A DNA stretch of 64,000 nucleotides from Iphione sp. A-MEVVRFRX5 (GCA_976226885.1 OZ320322.1:42036001-42100000), one strand, 5' to 3'. Positions 1 through 14,200 are shown, counted from the first letter of the stretch. Notes: generated from the letters alone by a model not told the origin. Numbers and translations: made by a program.

Positions 1-401
1 TTTTCTCATAAGCCATTTTGGTCACAGTAATTTAGTGATTATTTCGCTAAAGATTGGATCGGGATGATGGAAAAAAATGTCACAAAGGGAAATAGTGAGT
101 ATCATTTGTTTGCTTTTGTTATTGTCTCTTAACAGTGCACTCACAAACAACGCACATGCATTGACATGAAGAGCACAATATATCAAGATTGCAATCTAAA
201 TAAGTATCGCTATTACCGATGGATAAAAAATCGTATTTTGTTGCTCAGGTAAACATTTCTAATGACGGTCTTTTCATCAGAATATTGCTGGATAATTTAA
301 CAAACAACAAGATCATCGCCCTAGCTCCAGATCTGCCCACCGCTCCATTTGATTACCATTGTTGGCCACGTGTCTGAGGAAAAGGTTAACCGCGTCTGAT
401 T

Positions 402-418
402 TGACCTTGATTTGACCT
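402..418 (-). promoter_or_regulatory. Perfect nuclear-receptor DR5 element (AGGTCA-n5-AGGTCA on minus), both half-sites extended to TCAAGGTCA
   Basis: Plus strand TGACCT-tgatt-TGACCT at 402-418, each followed by TGA; a third degenerate CGACCTTGA near 434-442. Function is inferred from motif only. Confidence 0.3.
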
Positions 419-3400
419 TGAACATGACACCAGGCGACCTTGACATCTCCACTCTAGTGAGGAAGCGTGACACTGTGCACGCCACTCATTGTCTATGCGT
501 TGGCTACTGTATCGTTCGCTGACGTATATTTGTCGTTCTTCCGCTCTCCCGCTCACTTCGCCATTAAGCCACTACCTTCCCAAAAAAGCTCCCATTTGAC
601 AGGTGCGAAAAGCAAAACCATAAAGCTTAGCATTAATGACAGCCGCGCCATGACAGTGTCTCGACCGCTGAATACGCAACAAAAAAATGAAAGAGCGAGA
701 AGCATTCCGTCTGACGCCCACTTAATTACAGGTTTGCAATGAGTGAGTTCGCCACGTTTCCACCTCGAAGGTCCACAGCAGAAGGTAGAGAATAGCAACG
801 CACAGTGTTAAACAGCCAGAGAGCAGTGAGGTTCTCGTAATCTTTTGTCTTGCGCATTTACAGAGGATTTTATAATGTCACACTGTTTTAGAAATGTTGC
901 CGCACTGACCGTGGTATTACCCAATTCCTGTCATGCGAATCGTGTGTCTACTGATGTGTTTACCTAATTATTTGTTTCACTTTGGACTTGGCACGATACT
1001 CACTGCAAAAGGAAAGGTTACACAATTCAAACAGGTAAGTTAAAAAAAAAGCTGTTTCCGAAGATATGATTACACTTCATTTTAAATTGTTCTTTCTTTA
1101 GATATTACTTCAAAAGTGAAATAGGACACTAAGTGACATGCGTTTCCCTGCTTCATGCGATTCTAAAGGTTTCAACAGAAATAAAATGACTGGTTTGGCT
1201 ATATATATATAATTCGATGATATCATCCTAAATATTTCCTTTTAATACGTTGATGTTGGGGACGGGTTTTGTCGGGGGCATGTCATCTTCTTACACCGAA
1301 CGAGTTCTTTTTCCTACTGTAAATTACCGACGCAAACTTCATCACGCCCCCTAGAGGGACGGACGGTCAACTGGTCATCCCGGGGTAGCGGTAGTGGGCG
1401 GTCGTGCTGCCAGGTGGCGCGCAGGAAGGTGTCTCTGGAGGCGGTACATGGACAAGTCGTCTCACGTGCCAGGTGCCTGCCCGTGCCACCCCCCGCCGGC
1501 CTCTCCAGGCCTTGTTCCCCGCCCCGACTACCAACAAACCGCTCGGTCTCGCCTTGGCAACAAGCGATCAACCTTGTAGCCCCCATGTCTTGTAAAGCCT
1601 CGCCTCCCACCATCGTACACTGCGGAATCATGTGCCGCGATCCGCAAGCGACTTTGAGGCCTCGGAACAGCGCCCGGGAATGCTTCCCTGTGCTCTCACC
1701 TGGCTGCGCCCGGTTTGATCTCCGCCTTTTGATCCTGCCGCCCATTCACCGCCTGAGGTGGTCGGTGTGCTGCTCTTGGGCTACGACCAAATGGTCCGAC
1801 GAATGAACATATTGACTGTTGTTAAATGAATTTATATCTGCAGGGTTATCACAGGGTCCCCAACGGATGTAACGTAGGGGGATGTGCAAACATGGTGTTT
1901 TTTTTCTTCTAACCATATATATGGAGGGCAAAACAGGGTCGGCAGGTGTGACAGCGTGGGTGGTAAATTTGACAAAATAACCCTCTGTATGGGGAATGAA
2001 TTCATCAAATAACCACGCCATCGAGAGAAGCAAAGCCACACGAGAAGGTGGAAATATTTATCTACATTTTTTTCTGCAACAGACAGCGATTTCCTGTTCA
2101 TCGTCGATTCTTTTCTTTACAGGCATTAAGTATTTTACACGCCCAGGTGCTTCCAAACATTAAAGAACTACCGAGGGATATTTTCCCAATCGTTTCCTTG
2201 TATAGATTGATTGATACTCCCTTAAATTGTATCATCAAAGACAACAATCGAAAAGTAAGCTGTCCGATGATAAGTCATCCGTTGGGCCTCTCAAATCTAT
2301 TACCCTAAATGTTGTTGGTGCGTTACTATTTTTTTCTCTCTTGCCCATACTTTCTAGCTGCAAGTTCCAAAACGCTGTACATTTATATGTGACCCTCGTG
2401 TTCCTTTGGGTAAAGTGGCATCCGCTTTCAACTCAAATTACAAGGACCATCACCTCCCAAATTTCTGTTATTTAGCCGCGGACAAAAAGGCAGGTCTTTG
2501 TAAGAGAGGCGATTTGAGCCCTGCTTACCCTTCGGTGTTAGTTAATCCGTCAGACCTCCGGCCATTTATCGACCAGATCGACAAAATTCACCGCCGACGA
2601 GTGGAAATTCGCCGTTGAATCGAAATTGACGCGTTATTGTGCGTTTGTTTTCTTTTCATCTGGGCAGGTTAGACCCTAGCGGCCAGCGTCATTGTGTGCC
2701 GCCTCTCCGCGCCAAAGACTGCTGGAAATTGTCGTCTGCTCCGTCCATGAAACGTTGGGGCCAGAAAGACAAGAAAGAAAAGGGGGTCTGATCGAGCGCT
2801 ACGATTTGGGTCTGCATGCAGGAGAGTGCTGTGCGTGTGCTGGCATGTGCGTTGGTGAGTATAACTACCATTTTAAAACTAGCACAAGTCACCTGCCTGC
2901 TTCTATCTGAGTGTGTGTCTGCATGTGTGTCTGTGCGTCCATCGATTGTGTGTCCAGGAGATGCCCACAATGGCGAGCAGGGCCGACCTCGGCCCCCAGG
3001 CAGCTTTGTCAGACGATATCTTAATTATAATATGGGAGAAAGTGGCAGTTTTGGCGGGAATAATACCCGGCTTGAGCGGGTGAATACCCTCGCCGAGGTG
3101 TGCCGCCGCTGATATTGGGCTTGCTCTACAAGAGGGCCCCGCTCAATTGCCTGCGCATTGATGTGGGCCTTTTAAAAGGTATCTCCCTCGGCCAGGCAAT
3201 ATGATAGGGCGTTTCTTTATTGGCCCGCAAATTGTGGAATAATTTCCAAAAGGCGCGGATCCATTACTGCTCATAATGAAGCCCCCCGTCTTTATGGCAA
3301 CCAATATGAGGGGCCAATTAAGGTCTCACAATGCCGTGTAAGATGTCAACCCGGATCAACTCGTCAAGTCAATGGACGATAATAGAGGTGGGAGTCACTA

Positions 3401-4141
3401 AAATGGATATAAGATATCTCAGGAACTTTGCGGTGCGTAGAGACCAATCACTAGGCGGGATGAATCGAATTGAGTTGACGGAGTAAATCATTGTATATGG
3501 TGAGCGATAATATCAGAGGCTTCGGTGCCCAGTTCCCCTTTGATAAATCACTATACTTTTATGGGGAACTCTTACGCTATTTCCAGAAGCATCAGAGGAA
3601 AAGGAGCGGTAGTGTGCTTTACAATCACGATCCAGGAGCAACAATTGATTAATACAGAAACACATTGTTACCAGCAATCGTTACTTAGGTATAATTCTAC
3701 CATGCAGCTTTAGTACACCGCTGTGGAAATAGAAGGTGACAGGACACAGATGACTAATTCTATTCACATGGGCGTACATAATAGGTGTTTATAAAAGTGA
3801 CAAAGGAATTATTAGTATCACAACTTAGATATAGTTTGAGTGCACACGATGATACCCATGGTATGGCACCAAATGTTCACGATTATGAATATATTTGTTG
3901 GAAGATGAAAGGATTTTACTCCCTGATTATTCTTTGTTTGCAAATCGCCTTCAAAATGACGCAGTTTCACGAAACTACAGTAAACTGCCTTCTACAGAAT
4001 GTTTTCTCAAACTGCTACCGAACCTGCTGCTCAGAATGTTTTCTACCGTAGCACGCCATACGATATATGTTAAAGCTACATCATAAATGTATGCATCCCC
4101 AACTGTGCACAATTGCTTCATTACAAACACAGAAATAGGTA

Positions 4142-4551
4142 CAGTCACCTCTCACCCTGCGACCAATCAGGTGGGGCGACGAGTTGCCCAGGGTGACCAA
4201 TTTTGCCCAGAAGCAAACAACATTTCACACATTCTCTGTATGATAGTCTCTGCCTATGGTGGCAACTTGCCAGGGCGACTACTCGGCCATTAAGACCACA
4301 AGGTTTAACAGAGACTCTTACTTGTCAAATTCAGCACTTTTAGGACTTCCTTTTACTTTTACTCATCAAATTCAACACTCCGTGGACTTTACCTATCAAA
4401 TTCAGCACTTTTAGGACTTTTTTGACTTTTATTTGTCAAATTCAGCACTTTTAGGACTTTTTGACTTTTACTGGACCCCTAGGTGACCCCTTCCCTTAGG
4501 CGACCACTTTTCTAAAGTCCCTTTGGTGGTTGCCTAAAGCATAGTTCATTG
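4142..4551. mobile_element. Non-autonomous Tc1/pogo(Tigger)-like MITE, degenerate
   Basis: TA|CAGT...GCGACC at left (4140-4164) and GGTGGTTGCCTAAAGCATAGTTCATTG|TA at right (4525-4553); internal TAGGCGACCAC motif. TA flanks and CA...TG ends fit Tc1/mariner-type elements, but the TIR match is weak. Confidence 0.4.
4321..4470 (+). repeat. Tandem repeat, 4 units of about 31-40 bp (TCAAATTCAGCACTTTTAGGACTTTT core)
   Basis: Units start near 4321, 4361, 4391 and 4431, each containing TCAAATTCA(G/A)CACT...GGACTT. Confidence 0.85.
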
Positions 4552-6379
4552 TATTCTCATTTACAATAAACTATTCCTATATAGTGGAGACGTGCCTGTC
4601 ATCCACTGGTTCCTTACCACGTGGTGTGAGTATGAGCTAATAATAGACATCAAGGTTGGTTGTTCAGGTATTGTGTAAGAGTGCTCACATGGCTACTCTG
4701 GTAACCACTCTGGTAACTTTAACGGAGCAACCAATCAGAAAGGTTGCAGGAGTTATTTTTGACAACAGTCTAGACAGAATGTCTAGACAGGGTCTATTTT
4801 TTAACAGGAGCCAGATATATGTCTGGAATATTACTATTCTTAGACATTCTTACATAATCATGGTATCATGCAACCTATCTTCAAGAGTATATAAGACTGT
4901 ACTTTTTCCTGTAATAAACAATTATTCTCTCAATTGCACTCCAAAAGAGCACCATTCCAGCAGGCTAGATTTCTGCATTTGGAGTGAACCATATTTTATG
5001 ATAGATATTATCATTTCTTGTCTCCTTCCTTGTTGGAGACCAAGTTCATATTACATGTATATCATCTTGAGATTTTCCTTATATATGTACTGACGTAAAC
5101 AATATACTTTTTATACAATTGCCATTCTTGAGTAGTTTGGGTCCAGATTTCAAGTTGATCATAGATGCTTACACTTGGCAAAAACCATGCTGGCTTGGCA
5201 TGCAAATTCTGTGTAAATCCTGAGAGGATCAGGACCAGTTCAGGTCCAGATTTTCTCTTGGTTGTATGGAATTGAAACTCAGTATATATTTTGCAGGCCT
5301 TGCCCGCACTATTCCGCGAAATTCCACTCTGGTTCAGGTCCAGATTTTCAAAATGGCAATAGGATGCCTAAGTCTAAGCCTAAGAGGCCAGCCCACATTA
5401 ATCCAGATAATATTTGGTTCAAACTGATGGGTACAAAGTCCACCCATCTCTTTGAGCCACATCCAAGTCTCTGCCTCCTCGTGACATCATGGGAGTGCAG
5501 ATGTGAGTGTAAGCACTGAGTCTTCTTTGCACCATCCTCTCCGATCTGTATGCAAAATCTTAGCACACAAACTGGAGTAAGCCGCCAGGTCCAATCCAGG
5601 TAGGTGCTAGCACTCCCCCACCCATACCTCAGCCTGCCCCAAGGCAATTGGACAAACATTTTGGTCACGCCTCCAGGTTACGTAGGGATATGTGTATACT
5701 AAGTTCCAGGTCACTAAAATGATTCCAGAATCCAGAGGGAAATCTCTGCCAAGTCTCCCACCCAGTTCAAGAGTTTTGACTCCAACCTAGGCTGCCCTAG
5801 GACTTGACCTTCCCCACTTGGCGTATGCCGGGATCAGATCCAGGGCATGTCTTTAAAATCTCAGGCCAATAGCTTGATTTTTTATGAAACTAGATTAAAA
5901 ACACCAATGACCCCCCCATGTATGGTTGAAAAAGGGGGGATGGTAAACATGGGTATGAGGCAGTCTATATAGGCTTCGGAGAAGGTCCAAACAGGGATTG
6001 AGAATTGGATCAGATGGACTCAAACTCAAACACTTCTGGCACCTCCAGAGGGAGACAGTTGACCAATTTGGTCATTCCTGGCAAGGACAAAAAAGAAGAA
6101 AAGGAAGAAGAAGATGATAAAAAGGAGAAGAGGAAGAAGAACGCCAGATGGGATGCCCAGCTGAGGATCCAAATCCCAGTCCACATACAGATCCAGATCT
6201 GTCTCTAAGACCCCAGAGCTCTGGTGGCAGCTCTTTGGTAGGGGCAACAAAAGCCCCATGATGCAGCTGGCCATGAAAGGAATGGCAGCCATGGTGGCTG
6301 ACAAGTTCAGGACATCCCAGTGGGGGGGGGGGGGCAGCTGGGATGCAGAAAGATGGCAAGACACTAGCTTTCTAGTTTA

Positions 6380-8241
6380 GAGGACTCTGGCAAGAAGTCT
6401 TTGGAGGAGATTCCAGTCCTGCTGGACCCTGCACCTCTTGCTTTTCCTGTCACGCTGGCTCTCCCTGATGTACCTGCAGTCCCAGTCGTTCCACTGGCTG
6501 CATCTGCCGTCCCCACCATGCTGGCTGCTTCTGCACATGCTAGTAATATGGATGAGTTCCAGGCCGAGACACCAGCACAGGAGGTCTGGTCCAAGGAGCT
6601 GGTCCCAGAGGCTGTCGAGAAATTGATCTCCACATATTGAAAATATCCCAGCATCAGGACTAGGCCAGAGAAAGTGAAGGTCCTCAAAAGGACCAAGTTC
6701 ACCCCAAAGAGGAGAACACCAACCAGGACTGGCAAGTAGCTGAGATCCTCCACCTGGTCCAATTTACAGCGATTGTCTTGTTGAACAACTCCACAGATCA
6801 TGACCAGAACTGCCTGATCGACAGCAAGACTGTGGCCACCAGTACCATGACTGCCCTGCATCTCCTTGGTAGGGCTGCCTTCATGGTGAATCACCAGAGG
6901 TGGGATATCATCCATTTCTGCCTGCCCCAGGCCTACAGGAGGTTGTACCAGTCTTATCCCCAGGAGAACCGGAAGCTACTGTTGGGAATGAACATCCCCA
7001 ACCAGATCAAGGAATGTTCAGAGGCTTCAAAACTGTAGCAGGCTTGATCATGAGGAAGGGGAGACCTCCTCTGAAGCTGGTACCAGCACAGCCCAGGAGT
7101 TTGCCAAAGCCAAGCTACTAGAGCTGGGGGCACCATAGAGGACATGGAGGACACCACATGCACAAAAGATAGCCACAGCAGCAACACCAGCTCCTAAACA
7201 GGCAGCAGCAGCAGGGCGAGGGGCCTGCCACAAAGTCCTACCACAGCAAGCCCAGGAGGAAGTGAAGGTCAGTCCTGCTGTTGTTGACATTGTTGCGAAT
7301 GCTATGTATGTGACGGACCATGTTCCCTGTGCCACTGTGTTCCTGACCCGAGCCCTTTTAGGGCATGGGGAGTGACTGTCACAGCAGACATACAGGAGCG
7401 GGTGGTGTCAAATGAGTTTGTCAGGTGTCTGGTCAGAGAAGCCCCACTGGAGTTGAGTTAAATCTGACACAGAACCAGACCCTCTCCATCCCAGAGTCCC
7501 ATAACGTCTTTGGCACTTTCCACAGGCTGGTGTCAGGCCTGTTGGAGCACGGGGGGGATGGAGGAAGCCGACCTCTCAGATAGGGCTACTGTGTCCACCA
7601 TCTTTCCGTGCCCCAAAAAGGATGGCTCCCAGAGGATCATCTTGAACTGGTACTTTAAGATGGAGAATTTGCAGGCATTCCTTCCCCTAGTGGGGAGGAA
7701 TTACTACTTCACTTCAGTGGACATTGTACACACCTATTTCTCTGTCTCAATGAAGGACAGAGACAGAGACTTCCTTGTGTTCATCCTGGAGGATAGGAAT
7801 TATAAGTTCACATGCCCGCCAAATGGACTTGCCTCAGCCCCTAGACTATTCTCCCTGATGATGAAGGCTGTCCTGGGCCATGTCCATATGCTCACAGACA
7901 CCATCGTCTCGGCCTACTTCGATGACATTATTGTCTGCCACAAGGATGCTGAGATGGTAACCCCGGGCACCAAGATCCTGGTGGATACCCTGCAGGACCT
8001 GGGTTTCCAGGTCCACCCCGACAAGTCAGTGCTAAACCCAGTGCAGAAGATTCAGCACTTGGGGCTCATCATAGACTCACCATCACTCACTATCTACTTG
8101 CCCACAGAGAAAGTCCAGCAGATCCAGGAGACTTGTAGGTTTTTCCTTAGCAAGGAATCCACCTCAGTCAGCTGGCCTGCTTGGCTGGCAAGCTCCAGGC
8201 AACCTCTCATACCATCCCCGTGGCCTACTCATACACCATGA
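6380..8241 (+). mobile_element. DIRS-type (tyrosine-recombinase clade) retrotransposon fragment, 3'-truncated
   Basis: Gag-like frames at about 6400-7260 (…NHQRWDIIHFCLPQAYRRLY…LLG…IPNQIKECSEASKL) followed by a DIRS-like RT. No RNase H or tyrosine recombinase is recognisable downstream. Strongly CpG-depleted. Confidence 0.75.
7560..8241 (+). pseudogene. DIRS-type reverse transcriptase remnant
   Basis: ORF 7510-8241: STIFPCPKKDGSQRIILN, FKME, FTSVD..HTYFSV, YKFTCPPNGLASAPRLF, AYFDDII (Y-x-DD), LGFQVHPDKS, HLGLIIDS. A short deletion is apparent between IILN and FKME. Confidence 0.8.
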
Positions 8242-11200
8242 ACATAGTTCTGGATACTTAGCAAGGAATAAGTTTCACATGGTAGCTCCAAATGGAAACT
8301 GGTTTATTTGCCACATAGAGCCTGCACACATATATGGCAAACCATGGTATGATGTCCAGCCAAACACAATAACGCACGAAACAGAGGTGTTACAGTGTTA
8401 CTGTGTTAAGCCTAATGGAATATTCTTCACCAATCAGCTGCCAGTGTCTTTGTTACAAAATCTCAGGCCAGTACCTGTGCAACAATGTATCCCTGAATTC
8501 AGGGTCACAAGTTCATAGAGTACACTTTTAGATATCATAGGTTTGTTGATGGTGCCACAACCAAAATCAGAGGTTAGAGGTCATCAAGTATCATGATACA
8601 GAAGACACAGTTGTGGTGCCATGATGCACACTACACTGTATAATGCAAAATCTAAATTATGCCAACCAACTGTCCTCTTTCCTAATGTGCATATGCAGCA
8701 TTTACCTTTACATCTATGTTAGCAAAATGAGCAATGTCCATTTTTCCCGTGTGCATCACCACCTATGTCCACACCAAAGTGATACTTCCGAAAGGCAGCT
8801 GTAACATTGCTGTGCAGGAGCAAAGAAACATCACACCACAAATCACACACCAAAACTGATGTTTGCAGCTCAACATATGTACATCATGTACATCACTACA
8901 TATATAAGGTAACAGCGCCACAAGCAGATGTAGCTGGTACGATTTCCAAATACATTTCATTTCGTTTCGTATGTATAGAATCCCAAAATAACAGGATTAC
9001 TGATTCTGTTGTAATGTGTTTTCATATCTGATGATCCAGATGCAGTGAACATATTTTATTATCACTCTCTTATCCTGAATCGAGATTTCCACGTCATATG
9101 TACACATATACATGTATACATGTATAACTGGGCCTATATGATCATTATTTAAAAGCTCTGTGACTACACCTTATTACCCAAGGGATTACGGGAATTTACC
9201 ACTGGTCCCCGTTGCTTCCCTACCCTTCCCAGTTGAGCAGGTATCTCCACCCTAAGCCATCGCCCTCGTGGCCAATCATCTCCACCCTCAGGCCCATCGG
9301 CGGAGTGCGGGCAAGAAGCCAGACCCCGGCGCGTGTAAAGCTCCCTTTGTCTGATTCTATCTGAGATGCCATCGGGAGGAGGTGGAAGTGCGCCCGTCTA
9401 GGCCGGCTCTTCTTTCGGCAGACAGCGCACAATTTGTTGGTGGCCCGCTGCGGGACGAAAAGCCTATCATTATATGGGCGCCGACTGTGAGATATGGGGT
9501 CAGGGGCATTGCTGTGTATCCCCCTACCAGGAGAGTCGGCCTATCAGGACGGCGTGCGCAGTCCCTCTCAAAGTAACCCCCGGCTTGGCGTCTCTGTATA
9601 AGTCAGTCCACTCTCTGGGAATACGGGGAAGAACATTACAGTACGTGGAAATAGACGATGTTTTGTTTCTTCTGAAAAAAACAAAAAAAAACCAAGCTCC
9701 ACAATTGGTAGTACAGTCCCTTTTTCCTTGCCGATACCGAAGGACATTTCTCATATGGATGGCTGATATATTTGAATTCGTCCTCTGGGACTATTTGAAT
9801 GCACTTAGAGCATAATCAATGGCACTTTGTGAACAGAATTAGCATGCCTCATAATGAGGATCACTTCGGGATGCCCTAAGGCAAGAAGGTCCTGGTACCA
9901 CTTTTTAATCTCTTTTTTTTTCTTGCCGATGTGTCTTCAGTTTTGACGTGCGGCTCTGACCTCCAGCGCGCGCCGGGAGGAGTATGGTGGTATCAAAGCC
10001 TGAAAGAATGTCAATGTTTTGATTACATCATGTCACTTGAGTAATGATACTCCTCGGGAATAACGGTGTCGATGGATTACCATTAGGCACCAGCCGATCT
10101 AATTACCAACTGGTCCGGTAGGCGGCGCTACCAAGCCCCTTTGGCCAGGGAGTGCTGTAGCGCCATCAATCGTGGCTCAACTGGACAGCTTCTGATTGTC
10201 AACAGCTGCTGATTTCCAATACATCGACACCACCGTGTTTTGCTTTTGATCACTTGCGTGCTGCACTGAATATCAATACGGTGTTTTTTCCAGATCAAAT
10301 AGTCCGGTTTTCCTTTGCTCTGGAAGGGCCCGGCGCGTTCCGCAGCCTCATAATAAACAACCAAGTACTTCAGCACCAGCTCATTACTAACAATCCTCAG
10401 TCTCTGATTACTCCAATTGTTCTACATTGTCCGTACTTTACGGTTCATTACGCCCAGTCGACGCCTATACGGGTACTATAGCCATTCATTTAACCTTCCC
10501 ATTAATGTCAAATGTATCATATTTGGACTCGTATCACAACAAATTAAAGACCGTCATTATGCATTTGGGTGTCAAATTGCATAATGTCAAAGCGCCTGGG
10601 TGCATAGCAGACAGACAAAGTGACTGCGTATCATGTTGTGAAAGGTCTACCCACTATTCTTTTTTTTTAGAGTAGAAGACAATGGTGGATGCATCGAGTC
10701 AGATTGAATGTTTCCAGGCTTTCGATAGCAACAGTACAGAGTAACCATTAAAGTTAGATGGTAGGTATGATGTAGACTTAAGGCGACATGAAATGCTTTC
10801 AAAACAATATTCATAATGTATCAAGCGCCCAAGGTCTTTCATTGAATTTACAATTGTTTGAGAATTTAAACATCCGTACGCTGTTAAGTTTTGCTAGTGC
10901 TGCATTTCCACTTTTGTGTTGGTGAGCCCAAAGTTCTGCTCCATTGCATGCCCAAAGGGCTTTCCCAGTTCCTTACCCGAGAATTTTCTTATACAATATT
11001 GAAAAAGATATTTAGATGAATTTCTAATACTTGAACAATGCCTGTATACAGCACTAATTAATACGATAATATCAGCACATAGCGATCCGATAAAAGAATA
11101 ACTACGATATCCACTCGGGTACGTTCCACTCCGGAGCTCGCTATAAATTCAGCACCTTTATGCATGCAGTTTTTATTAGATATTACACTACCTATTCATC

Positions 11201-14200
11201 TCTAACCTCCATCGCCCACCGGACATTTGAAAGCGGAATAAATAAAACGGAGCCGTAAACATGTTGAATAGAGTTGTCTTTGTTTATTTTACTTGTTACA
11301 AGAACACATCTTGTCGCTCCCGCATATGAATCTTTAAATTCTCTTTTTCACAAGATGCCATACAGATCGACGTGTGTCCAGAACTAAATACTGCAGAATT
11401 CCTTAATCCGAACACCTTCTAATCAGGACATCTCAAATGATGAACAGTTAAGAGAGAGAACATAATCGCTAAATCTATGCTTGAATACTTCTGCCATTCC
11501 GGACATCCTACTCTATCGACAGTCAATGCATTTGCCATCCGTTTAAAAAAGATTGCACTCTGCATTGTGTTGCAGCAAAGTGGCTCTACTTTTAAAGAAA
11601 TATTCTAGTTAGTAGTTGTTAGTTAATTCAGGCTTCTGACGTACCTTAATCATTGTACTATTGATTTGGCTTCTACCTAAATTAGGATTTGAATAAATGT
11701 GCATCACTTTAGTACAGAGAATCCCATAATGCACCATCCATCTTTCTGGATGTAAGTAAATCAACAGAATCTGCAGCAATTGTCCCCGCTTTGTGCACAT
11801 GTCTCTGAAACAAAGAGATTTTATCTAAATCGTGCCATTTTGGTACAAATATATTTTAACATAGCAGGTTCTACATTTGTTTCTGTGCCAATATCTCTAA
11901 GCCACATCATCACATATACTTGCCCATACCTGGTATAAGCAGTGAACAGACATCAAGCAGACATTTTGTCCTTTTCTGTGCACTAGTATCCTCAAACATG
12001 GACTTGTGTACCATGGTTCCTAAGTCTATGCAATGTCCATGTTCACCCTCTACTATGTGTAACTGTGTGGAGACGATATTATTGACAACATGCATGTTAA
12101 CGCGGAAGCATGGACGTAAATATGAAGGGTCAGGAACACAAGTAGATGCGAATCGGGACTTATCTACTGATTAACTCTATGTACCCCCGACCTTCTACCA
12201 TAACCTAGCCACGAAGAGTCCAGCTTTCCATGTGAATAAACCAATATGTCAGGTGGAAATCGGAGTAATTATGGGGTCCGCCTATAGGATAACTCAAAGG
12301 CTGTCACGAATAATTTCTGCATTGCTATATCATTTATTGAATGGTCACTGACGAAGTTCATGTACATCACTCCATTTTGCACTAATCTATCTTCTCGTGT
12401 GCTGGATATGTTAAAGATGGTGGTTATCTTCAACCCGCTTCGCTTGACTAGCAATCACTGGTCATTATTAAGACCAATTTTGAGGGGAAAAAAGTGTCAA
12501 TGCCGGAATAATCTAAGGGAGATGTATGTAGTATAAATCGCTGTAATGTGTCCACAGCAGGTCCTGTAATACTGATATTTCTCACCGACGGAGGATCGTT
12601 TGCAACCCATCTGCTTCAAATGACAGGTTAGGAAAGTGGTTAGAACGTAGAAACATCATCATCCTCTTCCCCATGGTGACATCTTCATTACCTTTCAGGG
12701 CGGCCAGACCGAGCGGGACACATTGAGGTGAAGTGCTGCAGGATAAACCTAGGGCGGATATCAAGTCGCACCAATTACCCCACCTGGCGGGGAGGCAAAG
12801 AGGTGATTTCCGCTCTGTCTGCACCTGTGCTGGGAAGTCCACAAGGAAGCCAATAATGCAGACACACTTACAGCTGAAAGGTGATAGTTGGGCTAGACGG
12901 ATTGGTTAGAGAAAGAATTGTACGAAAGGAGTGACAATGAAAGAAATAAACTTTCGAGCTTTGTCAGTAGATATTGGGACAGGGCATGACTTCTAGCCAT
13001 GGTGGAGAGGCCAGTGCTCTTCCTTGTATACATAATACGATTGTATGTTTCGATGTGCACATGTGGACTTATTTACGTCTTTTACTTGTCATAGGAAGTC
13101 AGTATGGAAGTTTTGTTCTGACCTCAACCTTCAGGCTTGACCTCGACCTTTGGGCTTGGTCAGAATTAACAAAACCTCATGCTAACAGAGAATGAGGTTA
13201 TTTTCTTTCCGCCTAGGGTAGGTTCTGTTTATTCTATGCCTGCAAATATTTATTTTACTTACATTTGTTGAGTTTAAGACTGTCTTCTGGACATTTTCCC
13301 TTTAAATGCCCACAGTGAAGCCCATTAGTGTGTGGCTTGGTTGGATGCCATTGTAATATAGTGGTGAAGAGAAGAACTATAATTACATGTGCAATGAAGT
13401 GTTATTACTGTTCGATGGCCATTTTATAAGACGTCGGGATAAAGACAGATTTATTACAATTCTAGGTCTGTTCACAGTAAAAAAGATCCAGAAAAATGAT
13501 ACAGAGAATACATTCAAAGCATGGAAAAAATGACTTTGGTGGGAGATCATATTAGTTCCTTTTCTTACCACCAGGCGACATTGCCACACCAAACATGTCG
13601 TACCGAGCTGTGTGGGATGACGGCTGGGATAGGTTACTGTCTCCACATTTATGTGACAGGGTATAATAATAAAATACACGTTAACACTTTCTTCTCATGT
13701 AAGTGTATGTGTATGTTACAAACCTCGGAAAGCATTGTACACGAGATTTTTTCCACGAAGGCGCAGCCGAATGAAAAAAGCAAGCACTAATTTTTCTAGG
13801 TGTGTACATTTTCTGACTTAATGCCACTCATCAAGAAGCGAAAACCTCCAGAGCTACATGCGACATCTTCTCCATAGGTTGGATGCCATAAGTTGGATGA
13901 AGTACGACCCTGCCATGCTTCCATTTCCGTCCTCAACACTTCCTTGTGTATCTGTGTATTATATATTTGTCTGGAGTACAAGGGGGAAATCCTTACGGTG
14001 TATGGTAAAAAAAATACGTTGGATGCGTTAATTCCTTATTGCAATAGTTATATCAATAGCGGAAATTTTTGGAAAATGGACACAAGTAGGATTATTTCTA
14101 AAATGAAATAACCACCGTAATTACATCTTCCCGATTGTGTTGAGTTTAGAGAATCATATAAAGTCAAAAGGGGAAGAACCTTCTAGTCGATTTGGGCCCT

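Noticed and set aside
4321-4470. Short repeat array superficially like CRISPR
   Set aside because: Units are adjacent with no unique spacers, there are no cas genes, and the context is eukaryotic inside a MITE.
10700-12250. Possible long decayed ORF on minus (fragments such as IVEGEHGHCIDLGTMVHK and GTGKALWACNGAELW)
   Set aside because: Stop density in the joined frame is about what random AT-rich DNA gives and no domain motif was recognised; only a translated HMM search could rescue it.
13119-13150. TGACCT/CGACCT cluster as a nuclear-receptor element
   Set aside because: Degenerate, and resembles the TGACCTTGACCTTTGACC-type strings common in lophotrochozoan repeats.
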